Below, piece by piece: positions 39,491 through 51,520 of a stretch of 64,000 nucleotides of DNA. Within the stretch, counting starts at the first letter, position 1, and each line of letters opens with the position of its first letter. A model generated the notes under the pieces. That model worked only from the letters and a program-made list of their open reading frames with translations. It was not told the DNA's origin and made no database searches. Source of the DNA: Squalus acanthias (Eukaryota). A program made the translations under genes and the position numbers. The stretch is from the NCBI GenBank assembly GCA_030390025.1, contig CM059432.1, positions 85,748,001 through 85,812,000 on the forward strand. The letters are read 5' to 3'.

Positions 39491-40940
39491 TCTTCTTCTT
39501 AGGCAGACCTTCGGAACCGAAGATAACTTGCTTCCATATTAAAAATGAGTTCTCAGGTGACTGATGAGTCCAATGCGGGACCTACAGTCTCTGTCACAGG
39601 TGGGGCAGACGGTGGTTGAAGGGTGGGGTGCTTGGGTTGACGTGCGCTCCTTCCGCTGTTTGCGCTTGGCTTCCGCTTGCTCCCGGCGAAGAGACTCGAG
39701 GTATTCGGCGCCTTCCATTTTGTACGGTCTTGGGTCAGGGATTCCCAGGTGTCAGTGGGGATGTTGCACTTTTTCAAGGAGGCTTTGAGGGTGTCCTTGA
39801 AGTGTTTCCTCTGCCCACCTGGGGCTCTCTTGCCGTGTTGGAGCTCCAAGTAGAGCGCTTGTTTTGGGAGTCTCGTATCGGGCATGCGGACGATGTAACC
39901 GTCCATCGGAGCTGATCGAGCATGGTCAAAGCTTCGATGCTGGGGATGTTGTCCTGAGCGAGAACACTGACGTTGGTGCGCCTATCCTGCCAATGGATTT
40001 GCAGGATCTTGCGGAGGCAGCGTTGGTGGTACCTCTCCAGTGCTTTGAGGTGCCTGCTGTACATGGTCCATGTCTCTGAGGCATACAGGAGGGCGGGTAT
40101 TACTACTGCTCTGTAGACCATGAGCTTGGTGCCGGGTTTGAGGTCCTGGTCTTCAAACACTCTCTTCCTCAGGTGACCGAAGGCTGCACTGGCACACTGA
40201 AGGCGGTGTTGGACTTCGTCATCGATGTCTGCCCTTGTTGACAGTAGGCTTCCGAGGTATGGAAAGTGGTCCACGTTGTCCAAGACCTTATCATGATTTT
40301 GATAATTGGGGGGCAGTACTGTGTGGCGGGGGCAGGTTGGTAGAGGACCTTTGTCTTACGGATGTTTAGTGTAAGGCCCATGCTCTCGTATGCTTCGGTG
40401 AAGGTGTTGACGATGGTTTGGAGTTCAACCTCCGAGTGAGCGCAGACGCAAGCGTCGTCTGCATACTGTAATTCGACGACAGAGGAAGGGACGACCTTGG
40501 ATCTGGAGTGGAGGCGACGGAGGTCGAACAGTTTCCCGTTTGTCCTGTAGATTAGCTCCACTCTAGCGGGGAGCTTACTGAGGGTGAGATGGAGCATTGC
40601 CGCAAGGAAGATCGAGAAGAGCGTTGGTGCGATGACACAGCCTTGCTTGACCCCGGTCCATACATGAATTGGGTCTGTGGTGGAACCGTTGGTCAGGATC
40701 ACGGCTTGCATGTCGTCGTGAAGCAGGCGGAGGATGGTGACAAACTTTTGAGGGCAGCCGAATTGCAGCCGCAGTGCGGATTCCGCCCACTAAGGGGCAC
40801 AATGGACATGATCCTCACCACGCGCCAATTACAAGAGAAATGCAGGGAACAGCGCCAACCGCTGTACATGTCCTTCTTTGACCTCACAAAGGCCTTTGAC
40901 ACTGTCAACCATGAGGGATTATGGAGTATCCTCCTCAAAT
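39491..40940 (-). mobile_element. RTE-clade LINE, 5'-truncated with an inverted 5' segment (40765-40940)
   Basis: GVKQGCVIAPTLF, LQYADD, FPYLGS, LLYASETW and RLPKQ motifs, a (GAA)n tail, and TSD TCTAGTC[G/T]ATC (39480-39490, 40941-40951). Confidence 0.92.
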
Positions 40941-41726
40941 TCTAGTCTATCCACATAACTGAAGTCCCTCATCCCTAGTACCATTCTAGTAAATCTCCTC
41001 TGCACCATCTCCACGGCCTTGGCATCCTTCCTAAAGTGTGGTGGCCAGAATTGGACACAATACTCCAGCTGAGGCTTAACCAGTGATTTATGAAGGTTTA
41101 GCATAAGTCGCTTTTTTACTCTATGCCTCTATTTATAAAGCCCAGGATCCCATATGCTTTTCTAACAGCCTTATCAACTTGGCCTGCCACCGTCAAAGAT
41201 TTGTGGATATGAACCCCCAGGTCACTCTGTTCTTCCACCCTCTTCAATATTGTACCATTTAATTTATATTGCCTCTCCTCATTCTTTTTTCCAAAATGTA
41301 TCACTTCACACTTCTTTGCATTACATTTTGTCTAATATGTGTCTTCCCATTTCTATGTCCTCCTGAAGTCTGCTACTATCCTCCTCACTGTTTACTATGT
41401 TTCCAAGTTTCGTATCATCTGCAAACTTTAAAATGATGCCCTTTATACCCTAGTCCAGATCATTAATATATATCAAAAAGAGCACTGGTCCTAATACCGA
41501 CCCCTGGAAGACTGAAAAACAACCGTTCACCACTACACTCTGCTTTCTGTCTTTTAGCCAATTTCTTATCCATGCTGCTACTGCCTCTTTAATTGCATGA
41601 GCTTCAATTTTGCTAACGAGTCTATTATGTGGCACTTTATCAAACGCCTTTTAAAAGTCCATATACACTATATCAACCACATTACCCTCATCTGCATCAA
41701 GTTTGTCAGACACAATTTTCCTATGC

Positions 41727-42033
41727 CAACACGGTGGCATAGTGGTTAGCACTGTTGCCTCATAGCGCCAGGACCCGGGTTCAAATCCGGCCTCGGGTGA
41801 CTGTCTGTGTAGAGTTTGCACATTCTCCCCGTGTCTGCGTGGGTTTCCTCCGGGTGCTCCGGTTTCCTCCACAGTCCAAAGATGTGTGGGTTAGGTTGAT
41901 TTGGCTATGATAAATTGACCCTTAGTGTTAGGGGGGATTAAATACATGGGGTTACGGGGATAGGGTGGGATATGTGTCGGTGCAGGCTCGATGGGCCGAA
42001 ATGGCCTCTATCTGCACTGTGGTGATTCTGTGA
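41727..42033 (+). mobile_element. tRNA-derived V-SINE (HE1-like)
   Basis: A box TGGCATAGTGG (41735), B box GGTTCAAATCC (41778), V-domain GTTTGCACATTCTCCCCGTGTCTGCGTGGGTTTCCTCCGGGTGCTCCGGTTTCCTCC, and a CR1-like tail. Confidence 0.88.
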
Positions 42034-42613
42034 AATCCGTGCTGGCTGTCATTTATTAATGATGATTTTCCAAGTGACAATTAATTTTGTCCCGGATTAT
42101 GGTCTCTAAATGTTTGCCCACCATCGACGTTAGGCTGACTGGCCTGTAATTACCTAGTTTATCTCTCGCCCCTTTTTTGAACAGGGGTGTAACATTTACA
42201 ACTCTCCAGTCCTCTGGCACCACTCCCATAATCCAAGGATTATTGAAAGATTGTGGCCAGAGCCTCCACTATTTCCACCCTTACTTCCCTCAGTAACCTA
42301 GGATGCATTCCATCCAGACTGGGTGACCTTTCTACTTTGAGTACTGCCAACCTTTTAAGTAACTTCTCTTTATCTATTTTTATCCTATTCAATTTATCTA
42401 CCCCCTCCTCCTTTACTATGACATTGGCAGCATCCTCTTCTTTAGTGAAGGCAGATGCATTTAGTAACTCAGCCATGTCCTCTGCCTCCACAAGATTTTT
42501 TTTTGGTCCCTAATCAGATCCACCCTTCCTTTGATTATGCAATGGATGGAAAATCATGGGGAGCGCATGCCCAAAATCTTGATACACGCTGCTGCTGGTA
42601 AGATTCACACCAG

Positions 42614-44360
42614 GGGCTGGATTTTTCCAACCTCAGCGCGTCCAGGGCGGGCAATGTCCGTGGCATCTGTGTAACTCCCGGCCTCCAACAAGATTTTCCA
42701 TTGATGGGGCTTGTTAAGCCCGCCCTGCGAGGTTCCCGACCAATTAATAGGAAGCGGGTCTGATGACGTCATTTGATGATGCGTCATCAGCCAGTTTCCT
42801 TAAAGGGGCCATGACCACAATCATTTTGACATTTGTGCTGTCAGTGTTCTGCAGCATTGAGGTGCTGCAAACACTGACAAGCACTGCACAAAGGTGCACG
42901 GCTGCACCCAGGCTCTCCCATTACTCCCTCCATATATGGAGGGAGTCACAGCATGCAGGGAGGATCTCTTCCCTTCCAATGGGCGGAAGACACCTCCCCA
43001 GGAGACCACGCAGCCTGGTTGCAGAGGAGGACACAAGCAGGGATGTTGTCGGGAGGACCTGGCTGCAGTGGCACAAACCTTTCAATGATCTCAGTGGGTC
43101 ACAAAATGCTACTGCAAAGCCACACTCAACCTCATCCTGCTGTGCCACTCATCACATCCCCATCACTCTGCCTTCCCTACCCTACTCCTGCACATCCTTA
43201 CTCACACCAACTTACCTTGCACCTCCACCCATCCCTCTCTATCTACATTATCACCTCCCCATCTCACTAGCCACCCCTCACACTCACCCTTATCCTTGTC
43301 CAATCATACCAACTAACAAGACACAAGGGTAGGCAGTTGGGTGTTATCGCCAATGTTCATGTAAAGTTTCTGTTAATTTGTTGTCAAACATTAAATCTTT
43401 ATTTTCAACACTTTGCCTTCTTGGACAGATCTGTGTGCACCTTTGGAACTGGCTTAGTGAGTTGCATTGAATGGTGAGACATAACAGTACCCCCGCAATG
43501 GTGATGAGTGTGAAAGGAATGGCTTGGGCATTGTAGGGATGCTTTATCGTGTTGGTGTGGGGTGGTGCCAACCTGGTGCATCATGTGGCAGTCAGGGTGT
43601 ACAGCGCCAAGTGAAGTAAATCTGGCCATGGTGAGGCCATCCCTGGCCTCCCGGGCAGCAATGTGGTCGGGTGCTGATGCCCTGTGTCCTGTGCAGTATC
43701 AATTGATTGCGGAGAAGTTTGGTGTTGTTGTTGGTGCTGCTGGTGTGCCTGGTGCTGCTGGTGTTGGGGCTGATCGTGGTGGGATTCTGAGCACCAAGGT
43801 GAGAGTTTTTCAAGGGCACCAATGCTGATGGAATAGATGGCAGCTGAAATTGAGATGACAGAAGCAATCTGTCAATGGTGAGAGAGGTTGCTCCAAGGAG
43901 GAGACACTGGATAGAGAGTTCAAACCTCCATAAAGCTGAAAAGTGTATTCCAAATCCTGAAGGCTCCAGCCTCTAGGATTGGAAATTGAACAGCTGCGAA
44001 ATGGTAGCTTTTATACTACTTTTGCAGCTGTCAACTATTCACAGCAATGCAGAATCATTGAGAACCCAACACACTTACCCGACGTGATCCCCGAGCGCCG
44101 GGAACCTCATAAAAAACATGGAAAAATCATTAGGACCTGGTAAAATGCTGCTTAAATAGCTTTAAGCAGCTTCTTAAGTATCTCAATTGCCTGACCCGCC
44201 GTTTAGTGCCGGGTCTGCAAACTGCAGGCAGAGCCGGCACTTGGGAAATTAACAAGGAGGCGGTTTCAGAGCAGACTTCCGCCCCGCTGTCAATCACTGC
44301 CATTTTGACAGCGGACCCACCTTCCGAACCCGCCCTCTGAGCGCCGGCAAAATTCAGCCC
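42614..44360. mobile_element. Internally deleted Harbinger (subfamily B)
   Basis: TIRs GGGCTGGATTTT / AAAATTCAGCCC, CAG TSD. Myb exon 1 remnant (RDVVGRTWLQWHKPFNDL) and a transposase 5' remnant on the minus strand. Confidence 0.85.
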
Positions 44361-44839
44361 CAGGAGTGTGATTTTGTAAAACTTACCCTTTGTGTTTCAT
44401 CAGCAATGATGAATTGCACTGTTTATTTGATGAGTTTGAAAGCCCATAAATTGATAAGCACATGGCTACACAGTGCGCTGTCTTACTCTCTCAACACTTT
44501 TACTGCACACTGGCTGCAGTATAACTAGGCAGTCTTCTCAACTATCCCTTTATGTTTTTCACGTCAGTGAAGAGTTGATAGAACAGTCAGCTTTTCACTA
44601 ACTTTAAAAATGTGCATGGCATCCTGAGAATGGAGTGGTGCAGAGTTGGCATTATAACTCAGTCTTAAATCAGTATCTATGGTACAAGAAGGCTTTAGAA
44701 GTAAATTTTAATTTTAAATGGAAACTAAATTGATGCATGGAGTGTGGAGTGGTTTTGATAATGTATTGTGGAACTTTTCTCAAGTGCCAACTATTTTCAG
44801 TTGTGATGTCCTTGCCATAAAATATTAAATAGTTTAAAA

Positions 44840-45101
44840 ATATATATTTGGGGCCAAATCCCCAACATAGGATTTCAAGGAAATCATTCAATAATACATG
44901 TGTCAAGCTATCAGTGCTTATATTTTTTGAAGAGATTAGTTTTCAGATGTCATTTAAGATTTCAATTCCTCGTGTCCCATACAATTTGTATCTAATTTGC
45001 AGAGCAGTAATAAAGTGGGGCTCAGATTACTAATCTAAGGCTTCAGTCATGAAAGATTTTCTTGAAATTCTATATTGGGGATTTGGCCCCAAATATATAT
45101 A
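44840..45101. repeat. Inverted repeat, probably a MITE
   Basis: Arms of about 50 bp (44840-44890 and 45050-45101), ATATATATTTGGGGCCAAATCCCCAA..., with few mismatches. Confidence 0.75.
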
Positions 45102-45499
45102 TATTAAACTCTTTAACAAAGAAATGCAATGGCACAGCGTATTGGAGCAGCAACATGTTTTACCATGGGGGGTCACACCATATTTCCCCACATGCTGTGC
45201 TGTCAACCTCCACAAGAGACACAAAGAGACACTGAACAGAAGCCAAGCACAGTAATGGAAATGCTGTTGCCTTCACTGTGCATTACCACCAAATGTTCCA
45301 TAGCATCTTCATCAGCCAATCCCTTTCCAAGTTTTTTCTTAAATTGGTGACTCCATATAATAGATTATAACCACTAGGATATGATTGTAAAAAGGTTTTT
45401 GCTCTTAAAATAAAAAAACACAATTTGCACCCATAAGTCTTAGAGAGGATAGAGATGAAAGTAGTGAAACTTTAACTGACATTTAGTAAACTTGTTAAA

Positions 45500-46420
45500 T
45501 TTAGGAGATTCCGGAGAATTGGAAAGTGGTTAACTCCATTATTTAGAAAAAGATCAAGTGTCATACCTGCAAACTATAGATCAGTAAATGCATCTATCGT
45601 TGTAGAGAAAGTCTTTGAAATGATCTTGATAGATCCTGTGGTGAACACTTGGATAAGCACAACTTGTTAATGAATAGTCAGCATAAATTCAGGAAAGGGA
45701 GGACATGTTTAACTAACCTGCTTGACATTTTTGAAGACATTACTGATATAGTGGAGAGGGAATGCTGTTGATTTATATTTGGATTTTCAAATATTTTGGT
45801 GAGGTTCCACATTAGCAATTAATGGCTTAGATAAGAAGTCATGGAATATGAGGTATAGCGCTGGAAAGAAAATTAACTTAAAACATGATACAGATGATAG
45901 CCATGAATGGGAACTTTTCAATCTGGGAAGAAGTTATGGCTTAGTTATCTCAAAGGGATCAATTTTGGACATTTTTAATATATAATTAATGACTTGGATA
46001 AGGGTACAGTAACAAAAATGTTATTGAAGGATACCAAGTAGGATGCAGTGCAAATAATAACACTGCAATCAGATTGAGAAGGATTTAGATCTTTTAGGTA
46101 ACGGGTCAATAGAATAGCAAGTAAATGTGGCAAAGAGTAAAATAATTAATAGGAAATGAGGAATCTAAAGAGGGAGTATGCATTAAATGGAATATTGGTA
46201 CAGCATGCTGATCAGGAAAGAGAATCTGGGGCATACTGTGGATAAATCTAAGGACCAATCAGCAACATGCTTAGCTACAGTTAACAAAGACAAATAAGGC
46301 ACTGGGTTGTATTAACAGAGAAATAGAGTGCAAATCTAACAAGGTTGTATTTTTGCTATATAAGGTATTGGTTAGATCTGTCTGCAGTATTGTATGTACT
46401 TTTAGTAACCTAATCATAGG
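45500..46420 (+). mobile_element. Old, highly decayed CR1 RT fragment
   Basis: Nucleotide remnants of NYRxVS, FRKGRTCLTNLL and CLQYCMYF motifs with many indels. Confidence 0.6.
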
Positions 46421-46789
46421 AAGAATTGTGACAAAAATAAATCATTTTATCTAAGATTTAGCACAGTATTGGCTTACTTAATTCTGCTGTACTACATAAA
46501 ATGTTAAAAACCAGCTTCACTCACAGAAAAACATGCCCTGCTTTACTTTGGAACAAATATTACAAATGTTAGTTGTTTTATCTCAGACTGGTGTCCATAG
46601 GAAGGGCCAAGGCATTTCATTCAAATACAAACATTTTACGGGATTTGTTGAAACATTTGTTTGATTGGCAGATTTTTTTTTGAATTCAACAGTGATTTAA
46701 ATATGTCCAGTCTCAGGCATTTGCTGGAAAATGCTTCGCAAACTGTCTGTCCAATGGGAAAAGAATGACCATGTAAGAATTCATAGTTT

Positions 46790-47580
46790 TTTGTGCAGAA
46801 ATTTCCTCCAACTAAATATTGGGAAGACGGAAGCCATTGTATTCGGTCTGCGCCACAAACTCCGTTCCCTAGCCACCAACTCCATACCTCTCCCTGGAAA
46901 CTGTCTGAGGCTGAACCATTGTTCGCAAACTTGGTGTCATATTTGACCCCGAGATGAGCTTCCAACCACATATCCACGCCATCACTAAGACCGCCTACTT
47001 CCACCTACGTAACGTCGCCCAACCCCGTCCCTGCACTCCTGGCCGGCCTCCCATTTTATACCCTCCGTAAACTTAAGGTCATCCAAAACTCGGCTGCCCA
47101 TGTCCTAACTCGCACCAAGTCCCGTTCACCCATCACCCCTGTGCTCGCTGACCTGCATTGGCTCCCGGTTAAGCAATGCCTCGATTTTAAAATTCTCATC
47201 CTTGTTTTCAAATCCCTCCATGGCCTCACTCTTCCCTATCTCTGTAATCTCCTCCAGTCCTACAACCCTCCGAGATATCTGCGTTCCTCCAATTCTGGCC
47301 TCTTGAGCATCCCCGATTTTAATCGCTCCACCTTTGGCGGTTGTGCCTTCAGCTTCCAAGGCTCTGGAATTCCTTCCCTAAATCTCTTCGCCTCTCTATT
47401 TCTCTTTCGTCCTTTAAGAAGCTCCTTAAAACCTACCTCTTTGACTACGCTTTTGGTCATCTGCCCTAATATCTCCTTATGTAGCTCAATGCCAAATTTT
47501 GTTTTGTAATGCTCCTGTGAAGCGCCTTGGGTCGTTTTACTACATTAAAAGCGCTATATAAATAAAAGTTGTGGTTGTTA
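46790..47580 (+). mobile_element. L2 LINE 3' fragment
   Basis: Matches the reverse complement of 18160-19000 (LQLNIGKTE, LADLHWLPV), with a GCGCTATATAAAT tail. Confidence 0.88.
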
Positions 47581-48200
47581 CTATTTATTTTCTATTTGCT
47601 TGAGGAGATTGTTCAGTTTGATAATTACTGTAAAATCTATGTTGTGTCATTACTACTGTTCACTTATTCTTTGAATGTTTAATAAATTTAGTTGGTTTAA
47701 TGCCTAATTCATTAAAGCCTAAGTTGCGGTCCAATTTGGTGTCATTTTGACGACTTCCGAAGTCAAGGAACATCATGTGAAGGCATATAATAAAACCAGT
47801 AAGCTGATATATAGTGAGAAGGGTTCTTTGTTCGATCCCTGGACATGCTATGAACTTTCCTAGATATCTGGGCATCTGGAAGCAGTCTTAAGAACATAGA
47901 AAGCAATGGTTCACTTAAAGGAACGTTCTAAGATTCTGAACCTAAAGAATATCTAAACTTAAATTTTTTTTTAAATTACAACAAAATAACTATAGGACGG
48001 ATTCCGCCCTTGATAGGGTGCAGGGGCAAGCATAAATGGAATCAAGTGACTATTGTTTCCAGAGAGAGAAGGGGTGGAAGGATATGGGGAAAAAGGATGG
48101 GTGGGTAGGGTTGATCTACCAAATAGTGATGAGTTTCTTTGAGTCTGATGACCGTTTTCTGTTTCTAAAGATTTTTATGTTCTGCACAGTTAAATCTTAA

Positions 48201-50448
48201 GGCCGTGAAATTCAACACCTTAGCGCCGGCTGATAACACCGGTTTCGGAGAAAAAATGGCGGCCACCTCATTTCCGCTCACTTCTATGAACGCGGTGGCC
48301 GCCATTTTGGGCCAGTCGGCAGCGCTGCCGTTACCTACACTCACTGGAAAAATGATAATTAGTCAGAATGTGATTTCAATCAGCACGCAATGCTGAACTG
48401 ACGCATGACCTGCTATTTTGGACGTCGCCGCTCCATTCAATGCCCTCTCCAAAGCACGCACAGCTGAACGCATGACGGACCCCCCCACCAGCGCTTCTTA
48501 AAGGGACACACGCAACTTTGAGGTATGTTTAGATTTTTGCTTTTGTACTAGTTTCTTTACATTTTATTGGAATAGTGGCTTGGTGTAATACATTTAAAAA
48601 GTTGTTAAAGTGTGCAGGGAGTGCTGCTGGACATTTGAAAAGCTTTGGCTCTTAAAGAAGGCCTCTGAGAACACCACTTGCTCCCAGTCCTGGGGGCTCT
48701 ACTTGCAGTCCCCCTTGGGCTGCAGCATGACATGGAGATGGAGCAGAGGCAGCAAAGGGGACAAACTGCTCGCAGAGGGAGGAGGAGGAGAAGAGAAAGA
48801 AGCAGAAGAGGAAGAAGCAGAAGAGGAGGAAGTGGAAAAGGAGGAAGCGAAAGGATGCAAACCCAGACAGCCCCTTTTTGGCCGGGATATCCAGGATCGA
48901 ATCATCCACCTGCGGTACCAGTGACCACAACCTCAATTCCCTTTTCAACATTAGTCCCACACCTTACCTTCCCTCTGTTATTGACCATCACAGTGTCCTC
49001 TTGGGCACAATACTGAAATAAAAGCCACCACAAAGCAAACTTTCCAATCCAACTTTATCCATCTATCCATCCAATATTCCATCAAAAATCAACTAATAAA
49101 CCTTGTGCATTCGCTTAGTGATTGTCTTGCGTGTGCCTTTGCCTTTCCTAGTGCTCCTATGCAGTGCTACACCAGTGGCTGCAGCATGGCTGGTGGAAGG
49201 CTGCTGACTTTCAGTGGGGGAGACTGCAGATGGCCTTGCAGGACGGCCTCGAGGAGCTGTTGGCTGTGAATGTGAAATTGAGTGACAGTGTTTCTTCTTC
49301 TTCTTCTCTCTCCTCTCCCTCTTCTTGTTCAACCACTGGCTGGGCAGGCTGGATTTCTTGGGTGCCTGAAATGAGGAAGCACAAGGGTAGGGTTATGGTC
49401 AAAGAGGGTAAAGCAAGATGTGCATGCTTACACCATGTGCAGCTTGTAAATCAGAAGATATTGTGGGATGAGAGGGAAGTGGGATGTGAAAAGGAGGATA
49501 ACGTATGAGGATACCGGCAGCTTGTATCATTTCAATCCCGCCGCTGGCCAAGGGCGCAGCCATGCCCCTGTCAAGAATGGCCAGCACTGTCTCCTCCAAA
49601 GGGGTGAGGTGAAGCGAGAAATGTGAGGTGTGCCTCGTGTTTGGTAGAGATTGTTGGTAGGTGAGTCATGGGGGGGGGGGGGTTTCGTGCATTGAGCAGT
49701 GCATGAGGCTAGTGGTGCTGTTGATAGGAGTCAGCTTTTGAAGATGCATTCACTGACCTTCACCACTCATCTGAGGTCATGAAACTTCTTTGGGCACCGG
49801 AGCCACGTCCTGAGGGCGACACTGCAGGCAGTGACCGCATTGGTGATCTGGTCCCACATCTTTCTTTCTGGAGGGCCTCCTGGCCAATGTTCCCTGTAAT
49901 TTTTTTTGGTGCCACGTGGCCCCTTAAAGAGACTGCGCGGGCCATTCAAAATACCGTGCATGTGCGATTTTTGCATTGAAAAGCTGGCAAGCCGGCTACG
50001 CAGGATCCCTGGACAGTTGCGCAGCTTAAAGGGAACATTGCTCCTGGCCCCCTGTGGATAGAGCTCCTCTCTTCCAGTGTTCACCCCCTGCACAAAGGCC
50101 TCAAATGCTGCGTCCGAGACCCTGGGTGCCCTTTCCCTGGCCTGCTGAGCCTTTTGGGTGTGTGCAGAAGCACTTTTAACATTTTTCATCACCAGAAGGC
50201 AGCTCACCTTTAAGAGGTGCAGACTGCCTTTAAGAGATGCAGGCTAGCTTTAAGTAAAGCTATAAGTAAATCAAGCCTCGCGTGAACGGCGAGACTGTCG
50301 GCCCCCTGCTGAGCGCTCAGCCTGTTAGCAGCACGTTCAGCATTGGGCAGTGCGCATTTGACGTGCTGCCTGAGCTTTCAACAGGCATGGGCAGATCGCG
50401 CATCGCGGTGCCCGCGCCTGTTTTTCAGCTTTATCCAATTTCACCCCC
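48201..50448. mobile_element. Internally deleted Harbinger (subfamily A)
   Basis: TIRs GGCCGTGAAATT / AATTTCACCCCC, TAA TSD. The transposase N-terminus (GALLAVPL) is joined to the acidic tail. Myb remnants RERAPRVSDAAFEAFV and RTWLRCPKKFHDL. Confidence 0.88.
49885..50040. mobile_element. 156-bp hAT-type MITE
   Basis: TIRs CAATGTTCCCT / AGGGAACATTG, perfect 8-bp TSD CTCCTGGC (49877-49884, 50041-50048). Confidence 0.9.
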
Positions 50449-50684
50449 TAAGAGTTTAATTCATAAACTGTAGAAAAGACTTAATGTTTTTTATTCTTTC
50501 GATCATCATGTGGCAATGAGCTCCAGCAATACACACACCTTAACTTCACAATGAATTTGAGTGTAGCATTTAGAAAAAAAATGTGCTCTACATATTGGCT
50601 ACATTGAAACGTTAATGTTACCATTATACTGCATCTACCAGTTTAAGACAAATAGCTGCAATATTGGTTCAGGCAGACATACCA

Positions 50685-51520
50685 AGGTCGAGTTTCCGCT
50701 TGTTTGCGCTAGTAGTATCAGCGCAATCTGGGCGGAATCAGCACAACCAGCCCAAAAGATCGGGGAATTTTAAACGTAAGTGAGTTACGCCCCAAACTAT
50801 TTACGTTCATGCTTTCCGTGATCTTTTACGCTGGTTCAAGGTTCAATTGGCCTTTAAATCACTGTTGAATTCAAAAAGAAATCTGCCAATCAAATACATA
50901 TTTCAGCAAATCCCATAAAATGTTTGTATTTGAATTAAATGCCTTGGCCCCTCCTACGGACAACAGTCTGAGACAAAACTGGCCACACCTCCAGGTCAAT
51001 TTGGCGAGATTCTGTCGATTGCGCTGGTTTGGGAAGGCTCTTCAAATTGCACTCATTTTCTTAGGTGCACAGGCACTAGTAGGCACATTGTAAGAGTTTT
51101 TTCATATCAAGAAATATTTAATTTACTAAATACTAGTGTACACCAATGAAACTATTAAATGGTTCAGCATAGGTTTTTAACGTCATTTTTAGTGATTTTA
51201 AATCAGGTTACTCATAGGTGGAGGACTGAACATGCTTATTCAAATGCTTATTTTTGGTGATAAACCTATTTTCAGCTGTATTAATAAAACTATACTAGGT
51301 TACCACTCTTACATTTATCAAGGAATACTATTTAATGGAAAGAAATTTTTAAAAAATGATTACATTATATTACGTTGCCCTATTGCGTTGGTTCATGGAA
51401 GATTTTATGTTTGTGATTATGCAAATAAATTTTAGCAGAAACTTGAACTGTAACCTAACCAGCGCAATTTCAAGCGCACTTTGGGCACAATTTCCCGATT
51501 GATCCCAAAGCAGAAACTAT
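50685..51520. mobile_element. Probable non-autonomous DNA element, ends uncertain
   Basis: CpG-containing ends with loose inverted similarity (AGTTTCCGCTT / AAGCAGAAACT) around an AT-rich core. Confidence 0.35.

Larger units (their letters stand above)
39074..42530 (-). mobile_element. CR1 LINE (decayed) hosting RTE and SINE insertions
   Basis: ORF2 pieces HPRLLRE, QGSVLGPVLFLIYINDLD, LEYCVQFW and GHRFKV, with the tail at about 39075. Confidence 0.85.
38981..44390. mobile_element. Small palindromic MITE split by CR1 and Harbinger insertions
   Basis: Left end GGGTAATTTTATGAACGTGCGCTCCTG matches the reverse complement of the right end CAGGAGTGTGATTTTGTAAAACTTACCC. Middle piece at 42538-42613. 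Confidence 0.55.

Noticed and set aside
41727..41800. tRNA gene
   Set aside because: The A/B boxes continue into a V-domain and LINE tail, so it is a SINE head. The same applies to 56940-57011.
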